Assembly: GCA_965287045.1 (NCBI GenBank)
Contig: OZ336882.1
Span: 23,188,001 to 23,252,000, forward strand
Reading direction: 5' to 3'
DNA from: Carcharhinus amblyrhynchos
Taxonomy: Eukaryota
DNA length: 64,000 nucleotides
Shown: positions 39,181 to 53,764 of the stretch, in pieces
Layout of the letters: each line of letters opens with the position of its first letter
Numbering within the stretch: position 1 is the first letter of the stretch
Notes under the pieces: model-generated
What the model was told of the DNA's origin: nothing
What the model saw: the letters and a program-made list of their open reading frames with translations, nothing else
Database searches by the model: none
Position numbers and translations under genes: made by a program

Positions 39181-41432
39181 ATAGGTAGTTGAAGTAGGGT
39201 CAAAGTAGCAAACAGCCTATCCGGCTGCTAAATCCTACATTTTTATAAGTTATCTACAGCTTTGAGAGTTGTGTAAAACAGATCCTAGTGCTAGAAAATG
39301 CTAAATATAAGCATTCCAGTGATTCTTTCAGTTAAAACGACCTTAATTAGGTCATGACTTTCCATATGATTTATTAATATAACATTTTTAATTCTCCACT
39401 TCATAAAACTGAACTGAACCACTTAATCACTCCTTCATAACATTGCCAGTACTATGCATTCTGTTTGGAATTAGTTTTACTTTGGATTATATTATGCAGA
39501 TAGAATTATTCATTTTGAAATTCATCCTTGCATGGAGAAATTGCACCAAAATGAACTTTACTGTTTTCCATTTTATAAATGAGATTTAGTTGGAACTGCG
39601 TGTAATTCTTTGCGAAGCGTAGGAAACAGAAAATATTTTTTCTTAGCTAGCTGTCTATCATTCATTTTTAAAAATCTATCCATTTCTAAGAAGTGGTTGA
39701 CAGCACAGTGTGAGCTTCCAGTGCAGCTGCCCGCAGAAGGGAAATGAAATAGCACAAGCACAGTTTCGTGAGCCTGAGAAAACAGTTGTAACTTGACAAG
39801 CTTTTCCAAAGGCACATTTCAAATAATGAACAATACACAATATCTGACTGCTGAAGTCAACAGCAGACATCAGATTCCTGCCTTGTGAAGTGACCTGAAA
39901 ATGAATTATTCATTTCTTTGCCTGCCACTCTATTCCATCAAATGGCAAGAAAAAAAACGACAGGGAATCCACCAAAATAAAAACTAAGGAAAATTTGAGA
40001 AGCAACACCAACAGCAAGTTTAACGTGCTTTTTTTCCTTTACCGTGAGTGAGAATTATTGACTTTCCAACTGTAACAAAATGGTAGGTTAACCATCTGCT
40101 CACCCAGAGGCGGAAGGAGGCTGGCCAGCCTAAATTTTTTGAGTCCTGGAATCAGGTTGCTGCATGCATACTACCACATTTTCAGTTTGCCCTTTGGTTG
40201 AATTGTGCAGCTGGGCCCTTTCCGATCCTTCCAAAGGCAGAGGGCCGGAGTTTCCCCTCCCGATGCTGAGCAAGCCTGTTCAGGAGGCCGAAACAAGCAC
40301 GCGAGACTGCAATTTCAAAGCAACTCCTGCTATTTGCCATTTTCCCTCGGTCGGGGAACATGAGCAGTGAGGAGCGGGGCTTGCGACCCAACGTGCATTT
40401 AATATGATGTTTGATTCACAATTTAAATCCCTACTGAACATTCAAGTTTCCCTTCCCATGGCATTCTCCCTGAGGTGGGTGGATTCCTGAAGGCTGCAGG
40501 AACCCCACCAGTTAAGTCTATTCTTAAAACTGCTGTGCAATCAGGAACCTTTGAACAGTTAGTTTTAGTATGCCTTGCCAATGCCCTGACATAGCCATCA
40601 TATCCGCTCCATACCCCTTTCATTACCCCTATTCACCTCCCCTTCTCCATTTATCCTCCACACCTACTCTTCAGGTATTCACTATGAACAGCTCAAAGTG
40701 CCATATTATAATAATAATAATGGCAAGTCAATCAAACAGTCATTTGTTATATTAATGCAAACACTTTAATGCTTTTAATACCTCTTAATCTTGTCCAAAT
40801 AAGGAATCGGGCATTCGAGAATCGTATAAAATAATTATTATTCTAACTTTGTAAAGCTATCAGACAAAGTTAGCATTTCACTTTGCAACAGTGCAAATAT
40901 AGCCTACAGAATTGAGTCAATTTTTCATCCTTGGTGCTCAGCCAAGCATTCAGGATGAGGCCATACTGGCAACTATATCAACAGGGGCAGGCTGAATAGA
41001 TGTTTGAAAATGGCCTAGCTTATGCCTAATGATTTAAAGGGAAAATCCAAATCAGATATTGTTAGGTACGAAGGAACTAAGCAGGCCATTCTGTCACATG
41101 AGCCTGTTCTATGAATCAGTTAGATAATAATGTTTTTGAAACTTAACTCCATCCATCTGCTTTGGTCCCTTGTTCCTTTATAGTCTTCCTTCATCCTGTC
41201 AATGATATACTTCATTAAGGGTGTGTGATGGTCTGGATCTCTATACTTTGTTGCATTTTACAGGTTTTTGATTAATGTCAGAGTGATGAGGGCAGTGATA
41301 TTCAATTCTAAAAGCCAGCAATCTCAACCTGCAAGAGAGTTGCAAAATAGTTGAGCGTTGCAAAATAAATAAGTCATACACCTTGGGAAACAAGTGTTCA
41401 CATGCAGGATTATATATCTGTTGTCACTATTT

Positions 41433-41730
41433 AGAGAATCATAGAATCCTATAGTGCAGAAGGAAGCTATACAGCCCATCGAGTCTGCACCGACCACAAT
41501 CCCACAATATTTACCCTAGTTAGTCCCCTGACACTAATGGACAATTTAGTATTGCCAATCCAACTAACTTGCACACCTTTGGACTGTGGGAGGAAACTGG
41601 AGCGCTGGGAGGAAACATATGCAGACACGGGGAGAATGTGCCAACTCTGCACAGACAGTGACCCAAGCTGGAAATCGAACCCTGGTCTCGAGAGGCAGCA
41701 GTGCTAACCACTGTGCCATTGTGCTGCCCC
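41433..41730 (-). mobile_element. HE1/V-SINE
   Basis: Same head, V-domain and tail as 10632-10960. Confidence 0.85.
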
Positions 41731-44700
41731 AATTGATTTTCACCTTTATAGAATGGAGGGCATTCCTATTCATAAAAACATTTGGTTCTCAAGTAAATCG
41801 CTAATGGTCTGACTGATTCCATGAATAATGCCCCTTCAATCATGGACAGCCGCCTTTCTGAAAAAGTTTGACACAGTCTATAGCTGGTGGATTCTTCCCC
41901 TCACTGGCAATTGCTAAAGGTGTCCTTCCTGGTAAAGCTGCCAACTGCGATGAGCTTGATGCATTTCTGCACTGATCTGACTGATTCCCTCTGACGTGCT
42001 CTGGAAATATCCTGCATCAGAAAATAAAGTTAAAGCTGTTGCGACATTTATAGCTACTGAGAAGCAACTGCATTCCTGGAGGTAGCCAATCGATCAGCCT
42101 GTAGCAAGTAGCACAGCTTCGCCACTGCCTCTCTTTGAAGTGGCAATACTGAAAACAAGTTTACTCAGACATGCCTAGGAAGGGCTACTACATCCTGTAT
42201 TTTGGCCCCAGGGATGCTGACAGAGTTAACTTAGCCTCTGCAGTACTCCTGCATTCAGAGATACTTCGACCTCATAAATTGTTTATTTCCATCCAAGTCA
42301 TGAAAGCCTAGTTGGTATCCCCAGGGGGATTCTTATCCTTTCAGTGGCAGCAACAGGAACCAGAAGTCCAGGTCAACGTGATTGGTAAAATTTCAACTTT
42401 TTTGCCAGCAAGGCCAAAAATAAATTCCTTATAATATGCAAAATCTCCAGTACAGACAGTAAATGCTTAGCGAGTTAAGTTGTGTGTTGAAATTGTGGCA
42501 ACTCAAACTGTGGCAAGCCACCTTTAAGGTGAGCTTCAAAACAGTCTGGGTGCTATCAAATAAATACTCTGTTATATAATAGTGACCAAGTCACTGAGGG
42601 GACAGTGCGCCCATTCACCCTCCCCAGTCTTATCCCCAGCACCCAAACATACTGAAAAATCCAGCACGGGTAGTGATTTACATAATTCCACTGTACAAAA
42701 CAATTGATTCACATACAACAAGTAAGCGTTTTTAATCGATCAACTGAATAATGGATGTGAGGTTCAATGGTCAATTATCTGAGCTAACAACGGAAGCCCC
42801 ATGAATTGTGCAGAGATTTGGGCAATTTATTCCTATTTGTTAAAGTTGTAGAGTTACCCTAGTTGCCTCACTTTAGCCAAACAGCTAAAAAGAATTCTGG
42901 TTAATAATCATTTTTTTTGTAAGTCAGAGGCAGAAGTCCTTTCATCAACATCCCTTTATTTATAATTCCAACAGCAGTACACAGAGGGCTATCAGTCAGC
43001 AGTCTACTTTCCGGACTGTCAGAGGAACTGACACTCCCAGTTAAATACAAGGAAAAGACTCCCTGATTGGGCAGTTGACTCCTCAATCAGCGAGTTCATA
43101 TTCCAATAGGCCAAATTCAATGGCCTGACTGAAGTCATTACAAAGTCCAATTATAGCAATGCGTGTTGATTAAGATATACATTCTAGTTAAACAGCATTA
43201 CTGTCCCAAACAGTGCAACAGAGCAGAACTAACATTAATTGATTTGCAATTCCCAACTGGACCAGCTACATAAATAATGTGATTGCAAAAGCAGGTCAGA
43301 GACTGGATATTTTGCAGCAAGTGACTCATCTCCTGATTCCTCAAACTCTTTCCATCATCTCCAAGAGGTAAGTCAGGAGAATTGCAGTTTTTGCAATATT
43401 CAAGGAATTTGACACAATCCAGGACAAAGCAGTCTGCCTTATTGGCACATATTCAGCACATTAAACATCCACTCCCTCCAGCAGATGATGGCAACAGTGC
43501 TTACCATCTGAAAGATGTACTGTGACAATCCGCTGAGGATTCCTCAATAGCATCTCCCATATCTACTGTGTAGGAAGGCAAAAGCAGAAGCATGCCAACA
43601 CCATCCACTTGTAACTTCCTCATCACATCACAGTACCCTGACTTTGAAATGTATTGTAGTTCCTTCATCATTGCTGGATCAAAATCTTGGAACTTCCCAC
43701 TGTCGTGCACTCATAATAAGTTGTTCAAGAAGACTCTCACTATCATCTTCTCAAGAGCAATTAGATATGGGAAGTAAATGCTAGCTTTGCCAGTGACATC
43801 CACATTATGTGAAAGTATTTTAAAACAAAAGTTCTTCCCCATAGCCTTGTAAATTTCTCATTTTCAAATATATATCCAATTCTCTTTTGAAAGTTACTAC
43901 TAAATCTGCTTCTACCTCCTTGTCTGTAAGTGCATTCCAATTCATAACAACTTGATGAATGAAATAATTCTCCTTATCCTCTGGCTTATTTACCAATTAT
44001 TTTAAATCTCTGTCCTCTAGTTACTGGCTGTCCAACAGTGGAAACCATCTCTTCTTACATACGCTACCAAACCCCTCATCATTTTCATGCTTCTGTAATT
44101 CATGTTTCCTACAGAAAAAAACCACAATTTAGAGTTAAACAGCAATTTCAGTGCATAGTGAAATGTCGCAAGGCACTTTATAAAACCAAGTAATGACACC
44201 AAGTCACATGAAGAAATATTGAAATGGATGTTCAAATACTTGATCACAGGTAGGTTTTAGGGAGTGTCTTGAAGAAAATGAGGCAGCAAAGTAAATGGGG
44301 GGGGGGGGGGTGGCGGGGGGGGCGGTGGTGGGGTGAGGGGGTGGAATTCCAGATCCTGGGGCTTAGACAGCTGAAGGTGTGGTGACTAGTGGCAAAGTGG
44401 TTAAAATTGGGGTGCACAACAGTACAGAATAAGAGAAACATCCCTACAGTAAGGGAAACAATTCCAGATTCCTTACTTCAACAATCCATTAGTTTAAGTC
44501 CTTTTGAGACATTGACTGGTGATGAAACAGTATGGATTGGCAAAACCATGGAGGGGTTAAAGAACTTAAGAACACTGCTACTCCTTCAGGGCTGCAATGT
44601 CAAAACCATAGATTTTCCTCCCCAACTGCACTCTGAAAGTATCTTCACCACACAGACCGCAGCAGTTCAATGGGGTTATGGTCAATGAACAAAAGAATCT

Positions 44701-46444
44701 CAATACTCCTTTGTGATCTCATCAGTTTGATCACTTATAACAATATCTTCTTTATTCATTCATATGATGTGGGCATCACTGGCAGTGTCAGCATATATTC
44801 TGCATATCTAATTGCACCTGAGAAGGTGGTGAGCTTCCTTCTTGACAACTGAATGGCTTGCTAGATCATTTCAGAGGGCAGTCACAGATGGACAAGTCCA
44901 GGTAAAGATGGTAGATTTTATTTGCTAAGAACATTAGTGAACCAGGCAGATTTTCACAACACTCCAGTTGTTAAATGGTCACTATTACCAATACTATTTA
45001 TTTCCGCATTGATTTCATCAGCTGAATTTAAATTGTCCGGTTTGAACTCATTTCTCTGGATTGTTAGTCCAGTAACATTTACCAACCCCTTTTCATTCCA
45101 ACCTCTTGTTCTGAGTGCCCTTTCAAAAATTTAACAGAGGTAATTAATTAGCATTAAATTTAACATGCTTCTGTTCCTTTTTCTCTGCAGTAATATTTTG
45201 TTTGAATATTTTCGTCCAAGTAATGAGTGGAGCAACACGACCGTGGAAATTGTCTGCAAGGATTATCGAATACAAAGGAGCTGAATAAACATCAATACGG
45301 ATAATCATTAACCCTGCATGCATCAGGCGTATTAACACTCCTACCAGCCATTCTGCCAATAATTACACCAGCACTCAACCCTTAATAAAAAGTGCTTGCA
45401 AATACATTTACATTTTCAATAGCATTCTTATAAACATCTCCATAGCGTATTGTATGGTATTAAAGTAAGGGTTATGGCAAAAGGGCAGGAAAATGGATCT
45501 GAGGTTGAAGATCAGTCATTACTTACTGAATGGTAGACCAGGCATAGGACCACGTGACCTTGTGCTCCTATTTCTTATGTTCTGACATACTTATGCTCTT
45601 GGTCACCTCAGGAAAAATGGATCAGCACAAAAATGTTGCTGTTGAGCCAAACTCACTCTGTTCTAAACAATGAACCAAAAATGGTCTCCTTACAAGTCAG
45701 CATGCCACAGACTCTGTTGTTAACCGGCAGCACAGTGGCACAGTTGTTAGCACTGCTGCCTCACAGTGCCAGGGACTCAGAATCAATTCCCGGCTTGGGT
45801 CACTGTCTGTGCAGAGCCTGCACATTCTCCTCATGTCTTTGTGGGATTCCTCCAGGTGCTCCGGTTCCCTCCCACAGATGTGGTTAGGTACACAAGAGAT
45901 TAAAATACCTTTCTCAAAACAAGTTTCCCAAACAATAAATAGGCCTTTTAAGTGAAGAACTCTCATAGATTTCCATAATATAGGAAATAAGAGCAAGAGT
46001 GGGTCACTTGAGTTTTCTATCCAATCAACTAGATCATGGCAGATCTTCTCAATATACCCGAACAGGGGCTGGAGTGTAGTGACTAGGGAAATTTCACATT
46101 AACTTCATTGTAGTGATAATGTAAGCTAACTTGTGATGCTAAAACATAAAATTTAAAGTTTAGCTGAGGTGCATAGTACGCTGAAAATCACATGTAACCA
46201 TTGCACCATATTTTCCTGTGCATTTTGAAAGGCTGAAAATATCACTGGGCTAAGCTGTGAGGCTAAAATGAATAGGTTAATTGATTTACAGGTGGAAGCA
46301 GTGTGATACTTTTAGACACAAAAGGCATATTTCTCAGAAAATATCAAAGATAGAATCAATGCACAAGAGATTAAAATAGCTCCCTTAAAACAAATTGTCC
46401 AAACAATATGTAGATCCTTTAAACTCTTTCATAGATATCCACAC

Positions 46445-47790
46445 TATAGGAACATAGGAAATAGGAGCAGGAGTGAGTCACTCGAGGTTTCTTAGCCATT
46501 CAACTAGATCATGGCTGATCTACTATCGCATTTTCCTGCACAATCTACATATCCCTTGATATCTTTAATATCTACAAATTTATTGATCTCTGTCTTGAAT
46601 ATTCTCAATAATTCAGCCTCAATGCCCTGTGATTGAAAATTCCAAAGATTCACCATCCTTTGAGTGAAGCAATTCTCCTCATCTCAGTTCTAAATGGCCT
46701 ATCTCTTATACTGAGATTGTGTCCCCAAGTTCTAGTAACACATCTACCCTGTCGAGCACTGTAAGATTGCTGTCTGCTTTAAAGAGATCACCTCTCATAC
46801 TTATAAATGATAAAGAATATAAACTTAACTGACTCAATCTCTTCTCAGAAGAAAAATATGCCATCTCAGGGATTAGTGAACATTTGTTGCACTCCCTCTA
46901 TGTTAAGTATATCCTTCCTTAGGTAAAGAGGTCAAAACTGTACACAAAACTCCACGTGTGACTTTACCATGGCTTTGTACAATTGCAGCAATACTTCTTT
47001 ACCCCTGTATTCAAATCCTTATGAAATAAAGCCCAAAATACAGTTTGCCTTCCTGATTGGGGCAGCACAGTGGCACAGTGGTTAGCACTGCTGCCTCACA
47101 GTGTCAGGGACCCAGGTTTGATTCCCAGCTTGGGTCATTGTCTGTGTGGAGTTTGCACTTTCTCCCCACGGTCTTCATGGGTTTCCTCCCACAGTCCAAA
47201 GATTGATCGGCTAAATTGACCCTAATGTCAGAGGGATTAGCAGGGTAAATGAGGGTTACGGGAATAGTAGCTGGGTAGGATTGTTGTCGGTACAGACTTG
47301 ATGGGCCAAATGGCCTTCTTCTGTACTGTCGTGATTCTATGATTGCTTGCTGCATCTGCATGTTAGTTTTCAGTGACTTATGAACAAGGACATCCAAGTC
47401 CTTTTGGTCATCAGCATTTCCCAATCTCTGACAATTTAAGAAAAGAATCTGCATTTCTGTTTCTCCTAACAGACTGGATAACTCCACATTTTACCATATT
47501 AGATTCAATCTGCCATGTTCCTGGCCACTCACTAGCCTGTCTGAATCCCCTTGAAAGCCTTTCTGCATCATCCTTACAACTTACATTTCCTCCAATCATT
47601 GTGTCATTGGCGAATGTGGAAATATTTTACTAGTCCTCACATCCAAATCATTAGTACAGATTTTTAAAAGCTGGGGCTCAAATGTTGATCCTTGTGATAC
47701 CCCACTCGTCACTGCCTGCCAACCTGAAAATGACCCGCTCTGCTTTGACTGTTAATCAATCTTCAATCTATGCTAATATACCCTTGTCCT
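46445..47790 (-). mobile_element. CR1 LINE 3' half interrupted by a plus-strand HE1 SINE (~47059-47345)
   Basis: IGGNVSCKDDAERL, QKDLDVLVHKSLK, ataggaacataggaa tail; the SINE is flanked by ctgattg and atgattg. Confidence 0.8.
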
Positions 47791-48514
47791 TTTCTGTAAT
47801 AGTTGTTTGAAATTTCAGCACCATGGACAGCCGTTCAGTTGGAAAGCAAACAAATAATCAAAATATATACCAAACAGCAACTTTACTGTGCTAATTGCTG
47901 ACGTAAGATCAATATTGTTATTACCACATTTTACTTAAAATATTTAACACAATGCCATTGTTTAGAGTGCTATCTCTTTATCGTTGGGCCCCAAGTTAAA
48001 ATCCTAGCATAACCTTATTTTCTTGGATGATTACAAAGGTTTGGAATAAATCAGGTTTTACATTTTCTCCCTAGTTCTTTCATAATTAGGATATAGAACG
48101 GGAATCTAATAAAAATAGTGTAACTCTGGCAAATTAGGACATCTTTACAATTGGGAAACTTTTCTTTTTCATCTTGCTGATAAGAAAATAAAGAGCAAGG
48201 TAAGCAGAGCAGTTAGACATTTTTGGGAGGAGAATGTAAGTGAGGCAATTCTCTATAAATATTTTTACCTCTCCGCCACCTTATCCCTTTTTTAAAACTT
48301 TTCTTGGGATGTCTATTGGTTTAAACAAGCTTTTGCTCCTAATATGTCCTGCAATGTCCAATTTTTATCTGATTGCATCTCAGAAATATATTTCATATGA
48401 AATTCAGTAAACTTATGCAAGTTGTCTGAGTTTACAGGGAATTTTATTCTATGTCCAATGTTCACTAAACTTAAAACAGCAATGCTTGATGAAAATGAAT
48501 ATTTAAAAACCACT

Positions 48515-49350
48515 GGGAATGATTCTCCGGCCCCACACGCACAGGCGAGACTATTGCCAGAGGGGCCATAATGAAATTTGTGTTGGGGAGAATTCTGAAG
48601 TTCAGAGTGCAAACCCAATTAACATATTTACATCTTTATTTAAATATGCATTTGCTATTTTAAGCTGGATTTACCCGGCTCCCAGAATTCACCCACCTGC
48701 CAGCTTCACGTTGCACCAGCGGGGATTGCGACTGGTCTCCACAAATGGAGATCAGATGTGGTGACCACACCAGAGTGCATGGGAGCCCTTGGAGCCCCCC
48801 AGGTGGTCAGGGACATAGCTGGACAGTGTCCTGTGGCTGGACAGAATCCTGGAATTGGCTCCTGGCACCCTGGCAGCTGGCATCGTCAGGATGACACCAC
48901 CAGATTGGCACTGCCAGAGAAGGGGCATGAAGGAGGAAATGGCGGGGTGGTGGAGGCTGAAAATGGGGGGGCCCTGAAGGGCGAGGGTGGAGATTCACAA
49001 AGGGGGTTGAAGGGAGTGCCTTTGGTGACCTGATAGGTGTGTTTTGCTCATTTGGGTGTGGTGGGGTGAGGGGGGGATCGTTTCTCAGAACACTCTGAAA
49101 TTTTTTGGGAGAATTGTATCCACTGTTTCTAACTCCGGTGGCAAACTGATTTGGAAAAGCAGTGCTAAGTAATTTTCATGCGTGATATAGACTTGTGTGT
49201 TTCTTTTTGTATAGGGATCCATACTTGTGCAGCTTTTAGTATATATAGCATCAATTGGTGTGACAGGTTTATGACATGGCTGTAAAAATGGGCCAAGAAC
49301 AAACAATACTCCAAGCTTTGGGGGTTTTCACAGCATTTCTCAAACAAACT
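48515..49350. mobile_element. GC-rich non-autonomous DNA-transposon-like element
   Basis: Starts gggaatgattctcc and shares the internal tggca-rich array with 37600-37750. Confidence 0.5.
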
Positions 49351-49379
49351 GTGATGTTGGCATGCTGTACAAATCTCCC

Positions 49380-50110
49380 TAACTGGTATTCACTCTTGCA
49401 ACCTCTTTTCACACATCTTTTAAGAGTTCTCACACTGTGTTAGCAACTCCACATCAAACATAGACTTTGTTAATTCTGTCAGTTCTCTCATTCTTTCAAA
49501 AACATTTAACTATCAACACATCCATCAGTCGATTAGTTGTCTGTGGAAGTTTAAAGATTTCTTTGAAGACTGGCCACCTCTATTGCACCCTCTTGACAGC
49601 AACTGTTTCAGCCTAAGCCTGAACTATTCACATATTCACCCTCTATTTAACAGCAAGCCAATCTTCTGATCTTGTAATATCTCAATCACAAATATTAGCT
49701 TTCTCCACCTCCGTTAAAATTCCCTGCCTCTGCTCCTAATAAACCTGCTTCAACCATCATCAGATATCATCTCCAGACTCAATTAAAACAATTCTTTGAT
49801 CCCTGGCTTCCAATCCTTCTCGGCTCGCTCAGAACTCTGCTGTGTGCATATTGTCGGCAAAATCCGTTCTCCCAGCATTTCTTTCCTTGCTGACATGCAT
49901 TGCTTCCTAGTTAATTTTAAGATGTTCATCCTCCTGCTTAAATTTCTTCAATATCTCGTACCTCTCTGTCACTGTAATTTTCACCAGCACTGTATTCTAT
50001 ATCAAACTTTAAGCTTCTCCGACTCGATGCCTTTGAGCATTCACTTTTGTAAAAACACTATTGATGGCCATTCCCTTTAGTTATCTAGGCCGCACAAACT
50101 GGAATTCCCT
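49380..50110 (+). mobile_element. Old L2-type LINE remnant
   Basis: ISRLN*NNSLIPG, QNSAVCIL and LADMHCFL..FKMFILL remnants (L2 SRLDYCNSLL..QNSAA..LHWLP..FKIL). Confidence 0.6.
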
Positions 50111-50919
50111 TTCTACGCCATAATTAAATGAATATATGGAATACAAGATGGGTCCTACAATCTTCTATTTGCTCGAACCAGGTTCTTATTTATGTTCAAC
50201 TGTAAATTGTAACAAATAATCTAAATGTTTTGCCCTTTACCAGCATGTATATTCTGTCAGTAAAGCTATCGATTAATCACAAAAAAAAGGGTTTGAGTTT
50301 AATGAGTTTCTGTTCTCATTGGTTGAAGCTTGCCCCATTCACACCAGGGCTTTGCGCATTCTCTCCCTTTATGCTTACTATTACTGGCCAAGCTTTTAGC
50401 TGGAAATTTTAATATTAAAGTGCTGGGAAACTGGGAGTCAATTTCGGTCAGCATAGTGCAAATCATGCCGACCTGCTAGATGACATATCTGCTTTCAACA
50501 GCAGAAAAACTGGCACTTCTGAAAAAAACATATAAACCAAAATCTTGTTGCCGTTCTGCCAGTGGGAGTTTACGGTCCCGCTGACAGCATAGTCCTACCA
50601 TAGGTTTCCTGGTGGGGAGGAATGTATTCATTGGGAAAGCCCAATGATAACCATAAGACCATAACATCCCGCCAGTTCTGAGGAGACTTGAGACTTGACA
50701 TAGTAGACACTAGCTGAATTTGTGGCTGGGATATCTAGGACATAATGCACAGTCTCAGGATGGCGAGTGGCATACCACCTTCTACCATCACTAAACATGT
50801 TGCAGAGAGGGAGAAAAATCCCACCCATTGTGACAAAACAAGTGGTATAACAGTTTACCTTTCGATACATTAGAATCAATTATCCACCATAGTGAAGGCT
50901 CTTTACTCGAAGATTGTGG

Positions 50920-51395
50920 AAACTGGTGGATACTGAGATAAGGGGTTTGTCCTTTGAAGAAAAATTTAGTAGACCACATCTAGAATTTAGAAGAATGAGA
51001 GGCAATCTCAATAAAACAATCTCAATAAATCTCCGCTGTTCTGAGGAGACTTGAGACTTGACACAGTAGATGCTGGCTGAATTTGTGGCTGGGATATCTG
51101 GGGCATGATGCACAGTCTCAAGATAAGGGTTCAATCATTCCAGAGTAAAATGAGATATTTCTTCATGCAAAGATAGGTAAATCTTTGGGATTCACTGCCC
51201 CAGAGAACTGGGAATGATCAGTTGTTGAGCATACTCAAGATAGAGGTTGGCATATTTTTTGGATAAAGGGGATCAAGTAACAATGGGATAGTGTAGGATG
51301 GTGGAGTTGAGGTAAAGATGATCCAAGATCTTATTGACTGGGGAGAAGGCTCAAAGGAATGGATGGCCTCCTATGGCTCTGATTTCTTATGTTCA
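50920..51395 (+). mobile_element. CR1 LINE 3' end
   Basis: gaatttagaagaatgagaggcaatctca ... ctttgggattcactgccccaga ... gatttcttatgttc. Confidence 0.75.
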
Positions 51396-53764
51396 CCTCT
51401 CCAGCAATGCTCCTCTGATTCACGAGATTCTCTGGGTCTGACAGATCTAATTGCACATAAGATATTCTAGCTGTAAGGATACAGGGATGCAGAAGGTATT
51501 TGGCATAAATTTAAAAAAACTACAACCTTGCCTGGAACAGCAGATCTAGTAGCAACTAATGATATGCTTCACCAGACTAATGAGTGTTTTGTTTCTAAGC
51601 AAAGGGGGAACTAACTATCTTAATATTGCCTCCCCACCAGCAGTCATGTGCACTATAGAATTCTTATTCCTTTGCTCAATTTACAATCTCTTTAATTATT
51701 TTAGAGAATTGGGCCTTCGTAGACTACATTTATTTCTTAGCTTTGAGAGGCCATAGTTACATTCATTCTCTAGCTAAAGAAAGCAATATTTTAAGACTTG
51801 ATTACAGTTCAGCGGGGTCTTTAGTTTCAAAGTCTACAAGATTAAATCAGAGACAACAGAAGCTTGCGTTGAGACTGAAGGGATAATAATGGATGGGGGG
51901 GGAATACAGGCCAAACACTGTTTGTGTCTACACAGGTACACATCACCAATACAACTGGTTAGCTTTGGGGGAGTGTAGGAGAAAATGTGATTGAACACAT
52001 TCTGATGCAGTTTTTGTTTTTATGATGTGTCCAGGGGGCTTGAAACCACTCTGGATTTAAATGATAAATGTAAATATAACAGAGAGCATCTGGCAGGTTA
52101 GCAAGACTTAACTATAGAGGCAACGTGGAACAACAGTCACAACCTTTACCCAAGGAACACTGGGGCAGCATCATTCTCAACTTTTAAGTACTATGATGCA
52201 TGAAACCTTTGCTATCTCATTTAACTGCCACTGCTATTACCAATAATAACATCACATTTGGTCAATTTAAAACAGTCTAAAATGATAACCCAACTCAAAG
52301 TCCTCTCCTGCCTTTGCTCAAGACTCCAGCTGCAAGATATGAAAAAGCCAGAAAAATTGCTCACCTGCCTTCACTCACAAGCCCAAGGGCTCATGAAGGT
52401 GAACATTCCAAGTGGCACGCACTCACCTTCAGTGGCCTCTGTTAAAATCAGAGCCGTTGAGTTGGCAATTTTAAAATCAACAGAGACTCAGTCTACTTAA
52501 CCAGACATTTGTGACATTGACTGACACATGTTTTGAATATTTCTTTGCAAGCTGACATTGCGTGCAGCAGACATTCCACTCAGTGGCATGGAAGCAAATT
52601 TAAACATCAAAGCTCTCTTTTTAGCAGCTCCACTTAGATGAACTTCGCAGTGGTTGTTGCTGGAATTGCTGGAGGCAAGTACATCTGCCGCTAACGTTAG
52701 GTAGGGACCCTAGTTATAGTCAGGGGAGTACGATTAGTGAGCTCTCCAAGGTCTGGCTGTTGGAATACAGGCAACTATGGGGAGGGATGGAATCTGAGCT
52801 TACATCCCACTGTCAATTGATCTTGCCAAAAAAAACAGAACAAGGCAAGCAAAGAAGAAAATAATTGTCTGCAGCCTTGGCAGCCATTAGTCTCTCTTCA
52901 GCAACAGAAATCCTGAATAATAGTACTCATAGCTGCAGCTGTACTATAATAGAGAATTAGGAACAGTACTAGCATGCGGTCCCTGGCAGTTTGATGTAAG
53001 CATTACTGTCCAGTTGTAGCGATCCTGTGGGTTACTAGGATTTGATAAGCTAATATATCCTGGACTCATTGTAGAGAAAGAATAATGTATCAGTGTTCTC
53101 TAATTACATTGATGGGAATGGGTTTTAGGTACTGCTTTACAAATAATTTAAAATGAATAGAGGTTCTGTCAGTTCACCATCTCAAAACCTCAAAATTGGA
53201 GAACACAGAGATCTATGGCACAAATAGGTAATATTTATCTTTCAGGAGCCCAGATCAACTCAAAGACAAATGGCAGACAAATCCTATTAAAATCACCAAC
53301 AGCATTTTTACAAGTGGTAGATTCATCTAATCTTTTTCAACAGATTATCAACAGTTCTTCCACAAATGGCAAACATGCTTACTACAATGCAGACAATCCT
53401 TTTAGAAACAGCAAACAATTGTTGTTATGTACAAACAGCAGACTTCTCCCATACAAATGTCAGATAGACTGCCCTTATACAAATCACCACAAATACAGAT
53501 ATCGGTGTCTATATATGGTTTACATATATCAATGTTATTTTTGTGCTTAAACAATTGTACATATACATTAAAATGACTAATTGGCTTGTTAACTAGATTT
53601 GAAATAAAAGAGGGCAATAAGAAAGGTAATTTAAGTGTAATTTTAACTTAGATGGCAGTATTCTTATTCTGAATTAAAAAAGACGTAGGTTCAAGGTTAA
53701 TTCCATGACTTGATATTTAATCTAATTTGACATTCCATTGCAACATAGAGGGAGAGCAGCAAAG

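Noticed and set aside
44297-44345. Long G-tract with G-quadruplex potential
   Set aside because: Low-complexity expansion inside an L2-like 3' end; nothing indicates function, and homopolymer length may be a sequencing artefact.
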